A stretch of DNA of 64,000 bases from Syntrophales bacterium (GTDB lineage: Bacteria > Desulfobacterota > Syntrophia > Syntrophales > UBA2210): NCBI GenBank assembly GCA_963666365.2, contig CAXXNF010000002.1, forward strand, positions 2,406,667 through 2,470,666. The letters are read 5' to 3'. This document shows, in pieces, positions 19,956 to 29,211 of the stretch. Each line of letters begins with the position of its first letter. Within the stretch, counting starts at the first letter, position 1. Position numbers and translations under genes: made by a program. The notes under the pieces were generated by a model that worked only from the letters and a program-made list of their open reading frames with translations, did no database searches and was not told the origin of the DNA.

Positions 19956-21299
19956 GTGTTCGGTTTATTAGAAAGCGGTTTTCAGTATATTACCTGGGGC
20001 AACGTCCTGATGATCATCATCGGCTGCGTCCTCATATATCTTGCCATCGGCAAAAAGATGGAGCCCCTTCTGCTGCTGCCCATCGGCTTCGGCATCATGC
20101 TGGTCAATCTTCCCATGGGGGGGCTCATGGACTACGAATACACGCTCAGGGCCCCGAGTCCGGGAATGGTCAGCCGGCTCTCCGTGGAGCGGGGGGACAG
20201 CTTCGAGTGCGGCGCGGCCATTGTCGCGACCGATGCCGGGGAGATCACTTCCCCCGTCTACGGGCGGGTCGCGAAGTTCAGGGTGACGGAGAACCAGAGA
20301 GTCGATGCGGGCGATGTGGTGGCGGTCATCGTGACGACACAGCAGACGGATCAGGAGAAGATTCCCACCCGGCCCGTGGGGCTTCTTTCTCGCTTTTTCG
20401 CCTTCGGCATCATGTGGCAGATTCTTCCCCCGCTGATATTTCTCTGTCTGGGGGCGCTGACCGATTTCGGCCCCATGCTGGCCAATCCCAAGACGCTGCT
20501 CCTGGGTGCGGCGGCGCAGTTCGGCGTGTATTTCGCCTTTTTTCTGGCAATTTTCTGTGGGTTCACCCTTCCTGAGGCAAGTTCCATCGGCATAATCGGC
20601 GGGGCCGAGGGCCCCACCACGATCTATGTGACGGCCCGGCTCGCGCCCCATATTATCGGCGCCACCGCCGTGGCCTGCTATTCCTACATGGCCCTGGTGC
20701 CGCTGATCCTTCCCCCGGTTATCAAACTTTTGACGACCAAGAAGGAGCGGTCCATTTACATGAAACCCCAGCTTCGCAAGGTGTCGAAGCTGGAAAAGAT
20801 CCTCTTCCCCATCGTGACCGCCATCGTGGTGATCCTCTTCGTGCCCGACTCGGCGCCCCTGATCGGCTGTTTCATGGTGGGCAATCTCTTTCGCGAGAGC
20901 GGGGTGGTTGAACGGCTCAGCAAGACGGCGCAGACGGTGTTCATCGACATGCTGACCATCTTTCTGACCCTTGCCATCGGCGGCACCATGTCGGCGGAAA
21001 ACTTCCTTCGGGTGGACACGCTCCTCATACTGGTTCTCGGCGTGGTTTCCTTTGCCAGCGCCGCCGCCGCCGGCGTGATTCTGGCAAAGATCATGAATCT
21101 CTTCCTGAAAGAGAAAATCAATCCCATGATCGGCGGGGCGGGCGTCTCTGCCGTCCCCATGTCGGCACGGGTCGTTCAGGTGATGGGACAGAAGGAAAAC
21201 AAGCAGAACTTCCTCCTGATGCACGCCATGGGACCCAACGTGGCCGGCGCCATCGGCGCCGCCATCGCAGGCGGCGTCTTTATCGGAATCCTGGGATAG
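19956..21299 (+). CDS. gcdB: Na+-translocating decarboxylase beta subunit (OadB/GcdB family) with an inserted biotinyl-like domain
   Basis: EPLLLLPIGFG, GALTDFGP, YSYMALVP, NPMIGGAGVSAVPMSARV, MHAMGPNVAG. Confidence 0.9.
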   Translation: MFGLLESGFQYITWGNVLMIIIGCVLIYLAIGKKMEPLLLLPIGFGIMLVNLPMGGLMDYEYTLRAPSPGMVSRLSVERGDSFECGAAIVATDAGEITSPVYGRVAKFRVTENQRVDAGDVVAVIVTTQQTDQEKIPTRPVGLLSRFFAFGIMWQILPPLIFLCLGALTDFGPMLANPKTLLLGAAAQFGVYFAFFLAIFCGFTLPEASSIGIIGGAEGPTTIYVTARLAPHIIGATAVACYSYMALVPLILPPVIKLLTTKKERSIYMKPQLRKVSKLEKILFPIVTAIVVILFVPDSAPLIGCFMVGNLFRESGVVERLSKTAQTVFIDMLTIFLTLAIGGTMSAENFLRVDTLLILVLGVVSFASAAAAGVILAKIMNLFLKEKINPMIGGAGVSAVPMSARVVQVMGQKENKQNFLLMHAMGPNVAGAIGAAIAGGVFIGILG

Positions 21300-21431
21300 A
21301 ACACCTACAATTTCAAAGATTTCCTTGAAGGGTTTACAGGCAATCATGACACCAGGCAACCCACCGATTCTTTTGGGTTGCCTCTTGCGCCTAATTGAAC
21401 TATAAATTTTCATTACACAAGGAGGGAAATC

Positions 21432-22595
21432 ATGAATTTTGAATTGTCCGAAGAATTAGTGATGTTGAGAGATACGGTCCGCTCTTTCGCAGCGGAAAAA
21501 ATCGCGCCCTTTGCCGATGAGTGGGACGAAACACACTATTTCCCCTATGAGGAAGTGATAAAACCCATGGGAGAATTAGGGTTTTTCGGCACAGTGATTC
21601 CCGAGGAATACGGCGGCAATGAAATGGGATGGCTGGCGGCCATGATCATTACCGAAGAGATCGCCCGGGCCTCGAGTTCGCTTCGCGTGCAGGTGAACAT
21701 GCAGGAAATCGGTTCTGCCTTCACAATTCTCAGGTACGGATCGGAAGCACTCAAGAAAAAATACATTGCCCGACTGGTCAGTGCAGAACTGCTGGGCGCC
21801 TTCGCCATTACGGAACCGGAGGCGGGCTCCGACGTCATGGCAATCAAGTCGACGGCTCAGGATAAGGGGGATCACTGGCTTATCAACGGCCAGAAAACCT
21901 GGATATCGAACGCCTCCATCGGCGGCATCAACATTTTTTACGCTTACACCGATCGGTCGCTGGGAGGAAGAGGGCTTTCAGCCTTTGTGGTGGAGCTTGA
22001 AAACTTCAACGACATTACTGTGACCGATCTGGATAAAATGGGTTCCCGGTCATCGCCAACCGGTGAAATCATCCTGGAAAACACACGGGTCCCCAAGGAA
22101 AACATTCTCGGCAAGCCGGGAGACGGCGCCAAAATTGTGTTCGGATCGCTTGCGCAATCGCGCCTTTCGGCAGCAGCGGGCGGCGTGGGACTGGCACAGG
22201 CCTGCCTGGATGAGGTCACCAAATATGCCATGGAGCGGGTCCAGTTCGGACAGCCCATCGGCGCATTCCAGATGAACCAGGCCCTTGTCGCCGAGATGGT
22301 GGCGGAAATAGAGGCGGCGCGACTGATGGTGTACAAAGCGGCATGGCAGAAAGATCAAGGCAATCTGAACAACAATCTTGAAGTGGCCCAGGCCAAGTAC
22401 CTGGCCGGCGAATTGGCCTATAAGTGCTCACAATATGCTATGCGTATACTGGGCGCCTATGGGTACTCCACGGAGTATCCGGTGGCCCGTTACTTCAGGG
22501 ATGCACCGACCTATGCCATGGTGGAGGGCTCCGCCAATATCTGTAAATTTATTATTGCCCAGGACCAGCTGGGGATACGAAAAGCGAACCGGTAA
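21432..22595 (+). CDS. acd: Glutaryl-CoA dehydrogenase, non-decarboxylating type
   Basis: Closely resembles the Desulfococcus-type enzyme as recalled (GWLAAMIITEEIAR, LRVQVN, ILGAYGYSTEYPVAR, MVEGSANICK); adjacent to gcdA. Confidence 0.88.
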   Translation: MNFELSEELVMLRDTVRSFAAEKIAPFADEWDETHYFPYEEVIKPMGELGFFGTVIPEEYGGNEMGWLAAMIITEEIARASSSLRVQVNMQEIGSAFTILRYGSEALKKKYIARLVSAELLGAFAITEPEAGSDVMAIKSTAQDKGDHWLINGQKTWISNASIGGINIFYAYTDRSLGGRGLSAFVVELENFNDITVTDLDKMGSRSSPTGEIILENTRVPKENILGKPGDGAKIVFGSLAQSRLSAAAGGVGLAQACLDEVTKYAMERVQFGQPIGAFQMNQALVAEMVAEIEAARLMVYKAAWQKDQGNLNNNLEVAQAKYLAGELAYKCSQYAMRILGAYGYSTEYPVARYFRDAPTYAMVEGSANICKFIIAQDQLGIRKANR

Positions 22596-22711
22596 AAAGC
22601 GACGAAATCGCACAACGCGTTGCGAAGAGATGACACACACCCCGGAAAGCGCTTCTGCACGTTTCGCACGCGGGAGGCGCATGAATTCGAAGGCACAAGG
22701 AGAAAATTAAA

Positions 22712-24481
22712 ATGAGACGCTACTTTGAAAAGATGGATGATCTGGGCAAACCGATACGGCCGGCGCAGATCGAACGGATGAAGGCAAACATCGCCCAGAT
22801 CGAAGAAGTGATGCGAGAGATCGACGGAGAGGCCGAACGGATTAAAAACGTAGGAATCTCGGACGAAGTGATGCACAAACGGGGAACAATGACCGTCTGG
22901 GAGAGAATCGAATATCTCGTTGACCCGGGAACGTTTTGTCCTCTTCACACGATTTTCGACCCGGGACGGGAGGAGTCGGGAAGCACGGGGGTGGTGGACG
23001 GCCTCGCCAGAATCGGCGGCAAATGGTGCGTGCTGATCGGATTCAACAATAAGTGGATCGCCGGCGCCTGGATCGCCGGACAGGCCGAAAACAATCTGAG
23101 GGTCACCGATATCGCCAAGATCATGCATCTCCCCCTGGTGTGGCTGGTCAACTGCTCCGGCGTCAAGCTGCCGGAACAGGAAAAGGTCTATGCCAACAGA
23201 AGAGGCCAGGGCACCTGTTTCTTCCGGCATGCCGAATTGGAGCAGATGGGCATCCCGGTCATCGCGGGCATCTATGGAACCAATCCTGCGGGCGGCGGCT
23301 ACCAGGGCATCAGCCCCACTATTCTTCTGGCCCACAAGGATGCAAATATCGCCGTGGGCGGGGGAGGTATCGTCAGCGGCATGAGCCCCAAGGGATTTTT
23401 CGATGAAGAGGGCGCCGAGCAGCTCATCGAAGCAACCCGGCATTTCAAGGCCGAGCCGCCGGGAAGCACGAAGATTCATTATGACGAAACGGGCTTCTTC
23501 ACCGCCGTATTCGAAAAGGAAACGGAGGTGCTTGACGCCATTAAAGGCTACATGGCCGACATGCCGGCTTATAATTCCCGCTTCTTCAGAGTGGCCGCGC
23601 CGGCGGAACCGAAGTATGCACCCTCGGAAATTGCCTCCCTTATCCCCATGAATCAGAAAGCCGTCTATGATTTCGAAAACGTCCTGGCGCGGCTGGTCGA
23701 CAATTCGGAGCACCTTGAATTCAGGCCCGATTTCGGTCCCGAAATGTATACGGGCCTCGTGAAAATCGACGGCTATTTAGTGGGCGTGATCGGCAACCGC
23801 CAGGGACTCCTGCCCGACTATCCCGAATACACCAACGAATATATCGGCGTCGGAGGAAAGCTGTATCGCCAGGGGCTGATCAAGATGAGCGAATTCGTCA
23901 CCCACTGCGGACGTGATCGTGTACCCATCGTCTGGTTCCAAGACACCTCGGGCATCGATGTGGGCGATACCGCTGAAAAGGCCGAACTGCTGGGGCTTGG
24001 GCAATCCCTCATTTACTCGATCGAACAGACGGAACTGCCCATGATGCTGGTGGTACTGCGGAAGGGAACGGCGGCGGCCCATTACGTGCTGGGAGGTCCC
24101 ACGGCCAATAACAACAATGCCTTCACTCTGGGAACGCCGGCGACGGAAATTTACGTCATGCATGGTGAAACGGCGGCGGCGGCCAGTTACTCGCGGAGAC
24201 TCGTCAAGGAGAAGGACGCGGGCCGCCCTCTGGGACCGATCATCGAAAAGATGAACGAAATGGTCGCCCATTACCGCGATACCTCTGGTCCGCTTTTCTG
24301 CGCCAAAGAGGGATTTGTTGACGAGATCATACGCTTTGAAGCGATGAGAAAGTACATGGTGGCCTTTGCGAACGGCGTATACCAGAACCCGCGATCGATA
24401 TGCCCCCGCCATCACATGCTGCTGCCGCGACTGATACGTTCGCAGATCGTGAAAGGGCTTAATCGCCCTGCAGCGGAATAA
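22712..24481 (+). CDS. gcdA: Glutaconyl-CoA decarboxylase alpha (carboxyltransferase) subunit
   Basis: NCSGVK, GTNPAGGGY, QDTSGIDVG, LRKGTAAAHY, YVMHGETAA, YQNPRSICP.HHM. Confidence 0.93.
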   Translation: MRRYFEKMDDLGKPIRPAQIERMKANIAQIEEVMREIDGEAERIKNVGISDEVMHKRGTMTVWERIEYLVDPGTFCPLHTIFDPGREESGSTGVVDGLARIGGKWCVLIGFNNKWIAGAWIAGQAENNLRVTDIAKIMHLPLVWLVNCSGVKLPEQEKVYANRRGQGTCFFRHAELEQMGIPVIAGIYGTNPAGGGYQGISPTILLAHKDANIAVGGGGIVSGMSPKGFFDEEGAEQLIEATRHFKAEPPGSTKIHYDETGFFTAVFEKETEVLDAIKGYMADMPAYNSRFFRVAAPAEPKYAPSEIASLIPMNQKAVYDFENVLARLVDNSEHLEFRPDFGPEMYTGLVKIDGYLVGVIGNRQGLLPDYPEYTNEYIGVGGKLYRQGLIKMSEFVTHCGRDRVPIVWFQDTSGIDVGDTAEKAELLGLGQSLIYSIEQTELPMMLVVLRKGTAAAHYVLGGPTANNNNAFTLGTPATEIYVMHGETAAAASYSRRLVKEKDAGRPLGPIIEKMNEMVAHYRDTSGPLFCAKEGFVDEIIRFEAMRKYMVAFANGVYQNPRSICPRHHMLLPRLIRSQIVKGLNRPAAE

Positions 24482-24510
24482 CAGAAAAAACAGAGGCAAG
24501 AGACGGAAAT

Positions 24511-24595
24511 CACCCTCTCACCTCGAGGGGAGAGGGTGGGGAAGAGGGGTGAGAAATTCCCCTCCCCTTCATCCCCTCCCACCGGGGGAGGGGAA
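24511..24595. repeat. Pair of REP-like CCCCTC/GAGGGG palindromes in inverted arrangement
   Basis: CACCCTCTCACCTCGAGGGGAGAGGGTGGGGAAGAGGGGTGA followed by TTCCCCTCCCCTTCATCCCCTCCCACCGGGGGAGGGGAA, between convergent genes. Confidence 0.75.
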
Positions 24596-24632
24596 CAAGA
24601 CTTTGTAGGGGATCATCACATTTGGAAAGCCA

Positions 24633-24848
24633 TTATTCCAGAATCATCAGCACCTGGTCCGCTTCCACGGAGTCTTTTACCTTTACTTTAATTTCCTTCA
24701 CCGTTCCATCGGCGGGCGCATAAATGGGGTTTTCCATTTTCATGGCTTCAAGGATCAAAAGCTCATCGTCTTCCTTCACCGCATCGCCCACATTTACCAT
24801 AATTTCCAATATGTTCCCCGGCATGGGGGCACAGACATCTACGCTCAT
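24633..24848 (-). CDS. gcdC: Stand-alone biotin carboxyl carrier protein (71 aa)
   Basis: APMPG...EAMKMEN biotinylation motif; AGGAGG RBS. Confidence 0.85.
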   Translation of the reverse strand: MSVDVCAPMPGNILEIMVNVGDAVKEDDELLILEAMKMENPIYAPADGTVKEIKVKVKDSVEADQVLMILE

Positions 24849-24967
24849 CTCACAACCTCCTGATTTTTTAAATGCATTATTTCTTCTTATCGGACAGACC
24901 GACCTTCAATTCCCCAAAAACTCACAGGCACATTTGAGCGCTTGCCGCTTCACTTCACGTGTGGCGC

Positions 24968-24996
24968 ATACTACCTCGCCACTGTGCTTCCGTCAA
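24968..24996 (-). promoter_or_regulatory. Sigma70-type promoter for the biotin carrier gene
   Basis: TTGACG-17-TAGTAT on the minus strand. Confidence 0.55.
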
Positions 24997-25024
24997 GAAG
25001 ATAGTGAATGATCTTTTTTCAGGT

Positions 25025-26623
25025 TTATTGCAGCCTGTCAACACTGCTGTTATGCGTCCAATACCATTGGAAGCCCTCTTCGAGGGCGCCTTTTTTTATC
25101 TGCCCCCTTTCGATAAAGCTTCCTATCGTTTTCGTGACCAGATTCGGATCGCAGCCGGTCCTCTCGGCAATTTTCCTGGACAGGACATCGGCGGGATCAT
25201 CGGCCGCCTTCCCTGTCTCATCGGAGATAATGCGCCCGCATTCTTCGATCAGGTCTTCCGATAATATACGAAACACGATCTCGGTTCGAAGCTGACCTTC
25301 CGTGCTCATATTTTCCAGCGGTGTATTGGTTCCCGCATAATAGCCCTGGACCGATTTTTCCCAGGCCTCTCTTCCGGCTTTTTCATAAAAGGCCACAAAC
25401 TCGTTGATCTCGTCTGCCGAGAGCGCCGCAGTTCTCACAATGGCGCTGTTCGCATCGTAGCGATCCCACTGGTCGGTCAAAATTTCAAGGTCGAAGCTGT
25501 CGATGTGTTCACGCACCGTGGTTCCCGGAAAGGGTGCAAGGAAGTGGAATCCATATTCTATATCGAGGCTTTCGGCAAAGTCTCTCGTTTCCTGCAGTGT
25601 CTGAGCCGTTTCACCCGGAAGCCCTACCATAAAGGATGCGTGGGCAAGCACGCCAACCTTCTTGCATAGTGCAACGGCCTTTCGCGCCTGATCGAGGGTA
25701 ATGCCCTTGCGGATCCGTTTCAGCATATCGGGGTTTCCCGATTCGATACCGAAACTGACGGCATCGCAGCCGGCATCGCGCATCAGTTCCAGCGTTTCTG
25801 CATCCACCGTGTTGACCCGCGAAAATGCGCTCCAGGTAAAGGAAAGTCCCCGCCGTCGTATCTCCCGGCATACGGCGCGCACCTTCTCCTTGTTGGCGGT
25901 GAAGAGATCATCGGCAATATTTATTCGTGAAAAACCGCAGGACAGAAGATGGGCGATCTCGTCGACCACGAGCGAGGGGGCGCGGTGACGCACCTTCTTT
26001 CCCACCATACGGCGCCCCAGGCAGAAGATACAGGAATTGGGGCAGCCGCGGCTTGTGATGATGCTGACGGGAAATCCCAGTGCCTGATAGCGCGAAAGCG
26101 GCAGCAGGTGACGCGCCGGAAGCGGCAGGCTGTCGAGATCTTCTATCAGTCCCCTCGATTCGGTCATGACGACGCGATCGCCGTCCCGGTAGGCGATACC
26201 CTTGACGGAGGACCAGGACCCATTCGATTCAATCGCATGAACAATATCCCCTATTGTCTCCTCGCCTTCGCCTATGACGATCATGTCGATCCCGGGATGC
26301 CGGTTGAGGGTGCGTACGGCATCGAAGGACACATGGGGACCTCCCATGACGGTAATGACCGACGGCGCCAGTTTCTTCGCGGTTTCAAGAATCGAGGCGG
26401 CAATGGGAAAATTCATCGTCACCGATGTCGCGCCCACAATGCGGGGCGACAGACGCTCCAGTTCCTGTTTCAGCTTCTCTTCGGTGTAACGTGAGACGAT
26501 ATAATCGATGATGCTCACCCTGGCGCCGGCCGATTCGAAGGCCGCCGCCACATAGGTGACACCGAGGGGGGGCGACGGCGCCTCTTCCAGGGGGTAGGGG
26601 GGAGCAATAACGGCGACATTCAC
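25025..26623 (-). CDS. Cobalamin-binding radical SAM protein (class B methyltransferase-like)
   Basis: N-terminal B12-binding domain (PPLG, GGPHVS, GEGE) and SRGCPNSCIFC. Confidence 0.9.
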   Translation of the reverse strand: MNVAVIAPPYPLEEAPSPPLGVTYVAAAFESAGARVSIIDYIVSRYTEEKLKQELERLSPRIVGATSVTMNFPIAASILETAKKLAPSVITVMGGPHVSFDAVRTLNRHPGIDMIVIGEGEETIGDIVHAIESNGSWSSVKGIAYRDGDRVVMTESRGLIEDLDSLPLPARHLLPLSRYQALGFPVSIITSRGCPNSCIFCLGRRMVGKKVRHRAPSLVVDEIAHLLSCGFSRINIADDLFTANKEKVRAVCREIRRRGLSFTWSAFSRVNTVDAETLELMRDAGCDAVSFGIESGNPDMLKRIRKGITLDQARKAVALCKKVGVLAHASFMVGLPGETAQTLQETRDFAESLDIEYGFHFLAPFPGTTVREHIDSFDLEILTDQWDRYDANSAIVRTAALSADEINEFVAFYEKAGREAWEKSVQGYYAGTNTPLENMSTEGQLRTEIVFRILSEDLIEECGRIISDETGKAADDPADVLSRKIAERTGCDPNLVTKTIGSFIERGQIKKGALEEGFQWYWTHNSSVDRLQ

Positions 26624-26634
26624 GGCATCACCCC

Positions 26635-27366
26635 TCAGTCGCCCTTTCGAGGGAACAAAAGAGCTCGAAGCCAGCCGGTCATACTGTTGCCCTTTAAATT
26701 GCGTCGATCGAGACGGTCAATCTCCGCCTCACGCTCCGCCGGATCTGAAAACCAGTGAGCCCGGGTAATCATTTCACGGTTCGGATCGAGGCGTCTCACC
26801 ACCTGGGCAGGATTTCCCGCCGCAACGGCATTTGCGGGCACATCCTTCACGACCACGGAACCGGCGCCTATGATACTGTTGTCGCCGATCGTCACCCCCT
26901 TACATACAATGGCACTGTCGCCGACCCACACATTATTCCCGATCACCACCGGCGCCGACTGTGTGAAGGCCGCCACACGATCGTAGGCGGAATGCCAGTC
27001 GGAATCAGTAATATAGCAATCCTGGGCCATCATACAATTATCACCTATTTCTATTCTTCGCGCCGCGCTGATTCTCACACCGGGACAGACAAGGCAATAG
27101 TTTCCAATGCGGATCAGGCCCTCCGTCTTCTTCTCGGACCAGAGGGTAAAGCGGGGACGATGATCTGGCGTCGCGATGACATTGACATAGTCGCCAAGCA
27201 CAACAGGTCCTCCGAATACCTCCACATACCAGGGCTTCATAAAGGTAAACCCCTTTCCGAGATATTCGAACTGGGGACGCAAGTATTTGTGTACGTACCA
27301 TTTCTGGAAGGCAAGATCGAGATGCTTGACAAAATAGGGGCGATGGTCATGCTTCACCGGCATCAA
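26635..27366 (-). CDS. Hexapeptide-repeat (left-handed beta-helix) O-acyltransferase
   Basis: IGDNCM..DSDWH, VIGNNVWVG, GVTIGDNSIIGAGSVV, AGNPA. Confidence 0.88.
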   Translation of the reverse strand: MMPVKHDHRPYFVKHLDLAFQKWYVHKYLRPQFEYLGKGFTFMKPWYVEVFGGPVVLGDYVNVIATPDHRPRFTLWSEKKTEGLIRIGNYCLVCPGVRISAARRIEIGDNCMMAQDCYITDSDWHSAYDRVAAFTQSAPVVIGNNVWVGDSAIVCKGVTIGDNSIIGAGSVVVKDVPANAVAAGNPAQVVRRLDPNREMITRAHWFSDPAEREAEIDRLDRRNLKGNSMTGWLRALLFPRKGD

Positions 27367-28496
27367 CCCCGTGCGTTGTCCAGGGGAAGTGCGACACTTT
27401 GGCGCTCGTATTCCCGGGGGACGCTTCCCGGCGCATAGATCCCTTCTTTCACTCTCAGGGGCTCTTCCGTATCGATCCCCCAGAACGAATGGCTGAACAG
27501 CCTGCTTGCGGGGGTCATGTCAGTAACGGCGTCATAGGCGAGAAGTATGGCCGCAGTGGTCCATGACGTTCTCTCTTCCGGCCAGATCACGGCATCGGGA
27601 AAGGTAACTCCCATCCAGTAGGATCCGTCATCGTACTTTTTGTCTTCTATCCAGCTTAACACCATGGCGGCCTTTTCGAAATGCCCGATTGATGTAAGCG
27701 TCAGTACAAATTCCGCCGACTCCGCCATGGTCGCCCAGGGGCGATCGGAGACACAGCGCACTCCCCACTCGGGAACCACGAATTTGTTCCAGTATTTATC
27801 GATCCTTTTTGTTGCATCGACACCGGTGACGGCGCCGCAGAGAATCGGATAGTACCAGTCCATTGAGTAACGCGACTTGATCATGTTGAAGAGACTGGGA
27901 CGATTTTTGATGGCATTGCCCAATTTTTTCAGCGCACATTCCCAGCGAGGTCTGGAGTAATCGAGAATCCCGGCGATTGCGAGGGCGCACTTCAGACTCA
28001 TGAATATCGAACTTGATCCCGTAAGCAGCGCCATGCGGTCGGTGACGCCTTCGCCGCTCTTCGCCCAGTAGATCTGGCCTGTTGACGCCTGAAGACTGAG
28101 CGCATAGTCGATACCTCCTGCGATCGCGGGCCACAGGCACCGCAGAAAAGATGCATCCCTCGTGATCAGATAGTGATGATAGGCCCCCACGGCAATATAG
28201 GTGGACATGTTGGTGTCTTTGGTCCTGTCCTCGGCCATCCCGTTCCGGTATGAGGCCCACCAGCTTCCGTCTTCAAGCTGTGTCGAAACCATCCATTCGT
28301 ATGCGCGCTCCGCTTCTTCCACACACCCGGCGACAGCGAGCCCCATTGCGCTTTCCACATGGTCCCAGGGATCGGTTTTCCCCCCCTGCGACCAAGGAAT
28401 CTCTCCGTTTTCCTTCTGAATACCCGCGATAAATGATGCCATCACATCAATGTCGATCGCCGGCTCTACAGCCTTTTTCGGTATCGTCAGCTCCAT
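27363..28496 (-). CDS. Prenyltransferase/squalene-oxidase-repeat-like (alpha/alpha barrel) protein of unknown function
   Basis: QW-like repeats (QKENGEIPW, QLEDGSW, QASTGQIYW, DDGSYW); DPWDHVESAM and SMDWYYP. Confidence 0.7.
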   Translation of the reverse strand: MELTIPKKAVEPAIDIDVMASFIAGIQKENGEIPWSQGGKTDPWDHVESAMGLAVAGCVEEAERAYEWMVSTQLEDGSWWASYRNGMAEDRTKDTNMSTYIAVGAYHHYLITRDASFLRCLWPAIAGGIDYALSLQASTGQIYWAKSGEGVTDRMALLTGSSSIFMSLKCALAIAGILDYSRPRWECALKKLGNAIKNRPSLFNMIKSRYSMDWYYPILCGAVTGVDATKRIDKYWNKFVVPEWGVRCVSDRPWATMAESAEFVLTLTSIGHFEKAAMVLSWIEDKKYDDGSYWMGVTFPDAVIWPEERTSWTTAAILLAYDAVTDMTPASRLFSHSFWGIDTEEPLRVKEGIYAPGSVPREYERQSVALPLDNARG

Positions 28497-28497
28497 T

Positions 28498-29211
28498 TCA
28501 GAATCCTTTTTTCAGATACAACACGACGCTTTTCGCTATCAGGGGATTCAACATTTTCTCCAGCCCTCTGGTGAGCGGCGGATGCTCCATGATATCCCAT
28601 TCAAGAAATTTCCGGTACGCATTCACAAGCCGGGAATCCTGCCGGGCATGACCGACAAGACACTTCAGCCACCAGTAGGGCGCGTGCAATCCATGGGTAT
28701 AGCGGATGTCCCAGCATTTCGCGCCGGCACTCTCCAGTAAATGCAGCAGCTCTCTTTTTGTATAGATCCGGATATGACCTCCAGGCTCATTGTGATATTC
28801 CTCCGAAAGGGCCCAGCAGATACGTTCAGGCAGATATCGGGGTACGCTCACCACCAGGTCTTTGCCCGGTTTCAGGACTCTCACCAGTTCTTTTGCGGCC
28901 TTTTTATTGTCGGGAACATGCTCCAGCACCTCTGAACAGATCACGATGTCAAAAGAATCATCCTTAAAGGGAAGCCTCGTGACATCGCCCATCGAGGTCA
29001 TCCAGGACCGGCCGTTTTCAGCGCCGTCGCCGTCCGCGAAATAGAGCGAGGCCGCGGTACGTGTAAGATCCTCCCAGTTGGTATCGATGCCGATTACCTT
29101 CACGCCGTATTCGCTGTAGGCGACGGAGGCGTGACGACCGGTGCCGCAGCCGGCATCGAGCAGCAGCGTTTCCGGATGCATCGGCAATTTCGAAAAATCA
29201 GCAGTGCGCAT
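28498..29211 (-). CDS. Class I SAM-dependent methyltransferase
   Basis: LLDAGCGTGRH, LPFKDDSFD, SEVLEH, RVLKPG. Start MRTADF at 29211 overlaps the glycosyltransferase end. Confidence 0.9.
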   Translation of the reverse strand: MRTADFSKLPMHPETLLLDAGCGTGRHASVAYSEYGVKVIGIDTNWEDLTRTAASLYFADGDGAENGRSWMTSMGDVTRLPFKDDSFDIVICSEVLEHVPDNKKAAKELVRVLKPGKDLVVSVPRYLPERICWALSEEYHNEPGGHIRIYTKRELLHLLESAGAKCWDIRYTHGLHAPYWWLKCLVGHARQDSRLVNAYRKFLEWDIMEHPPLTRGLEKMLNPLIAKSVVLYLKKGF

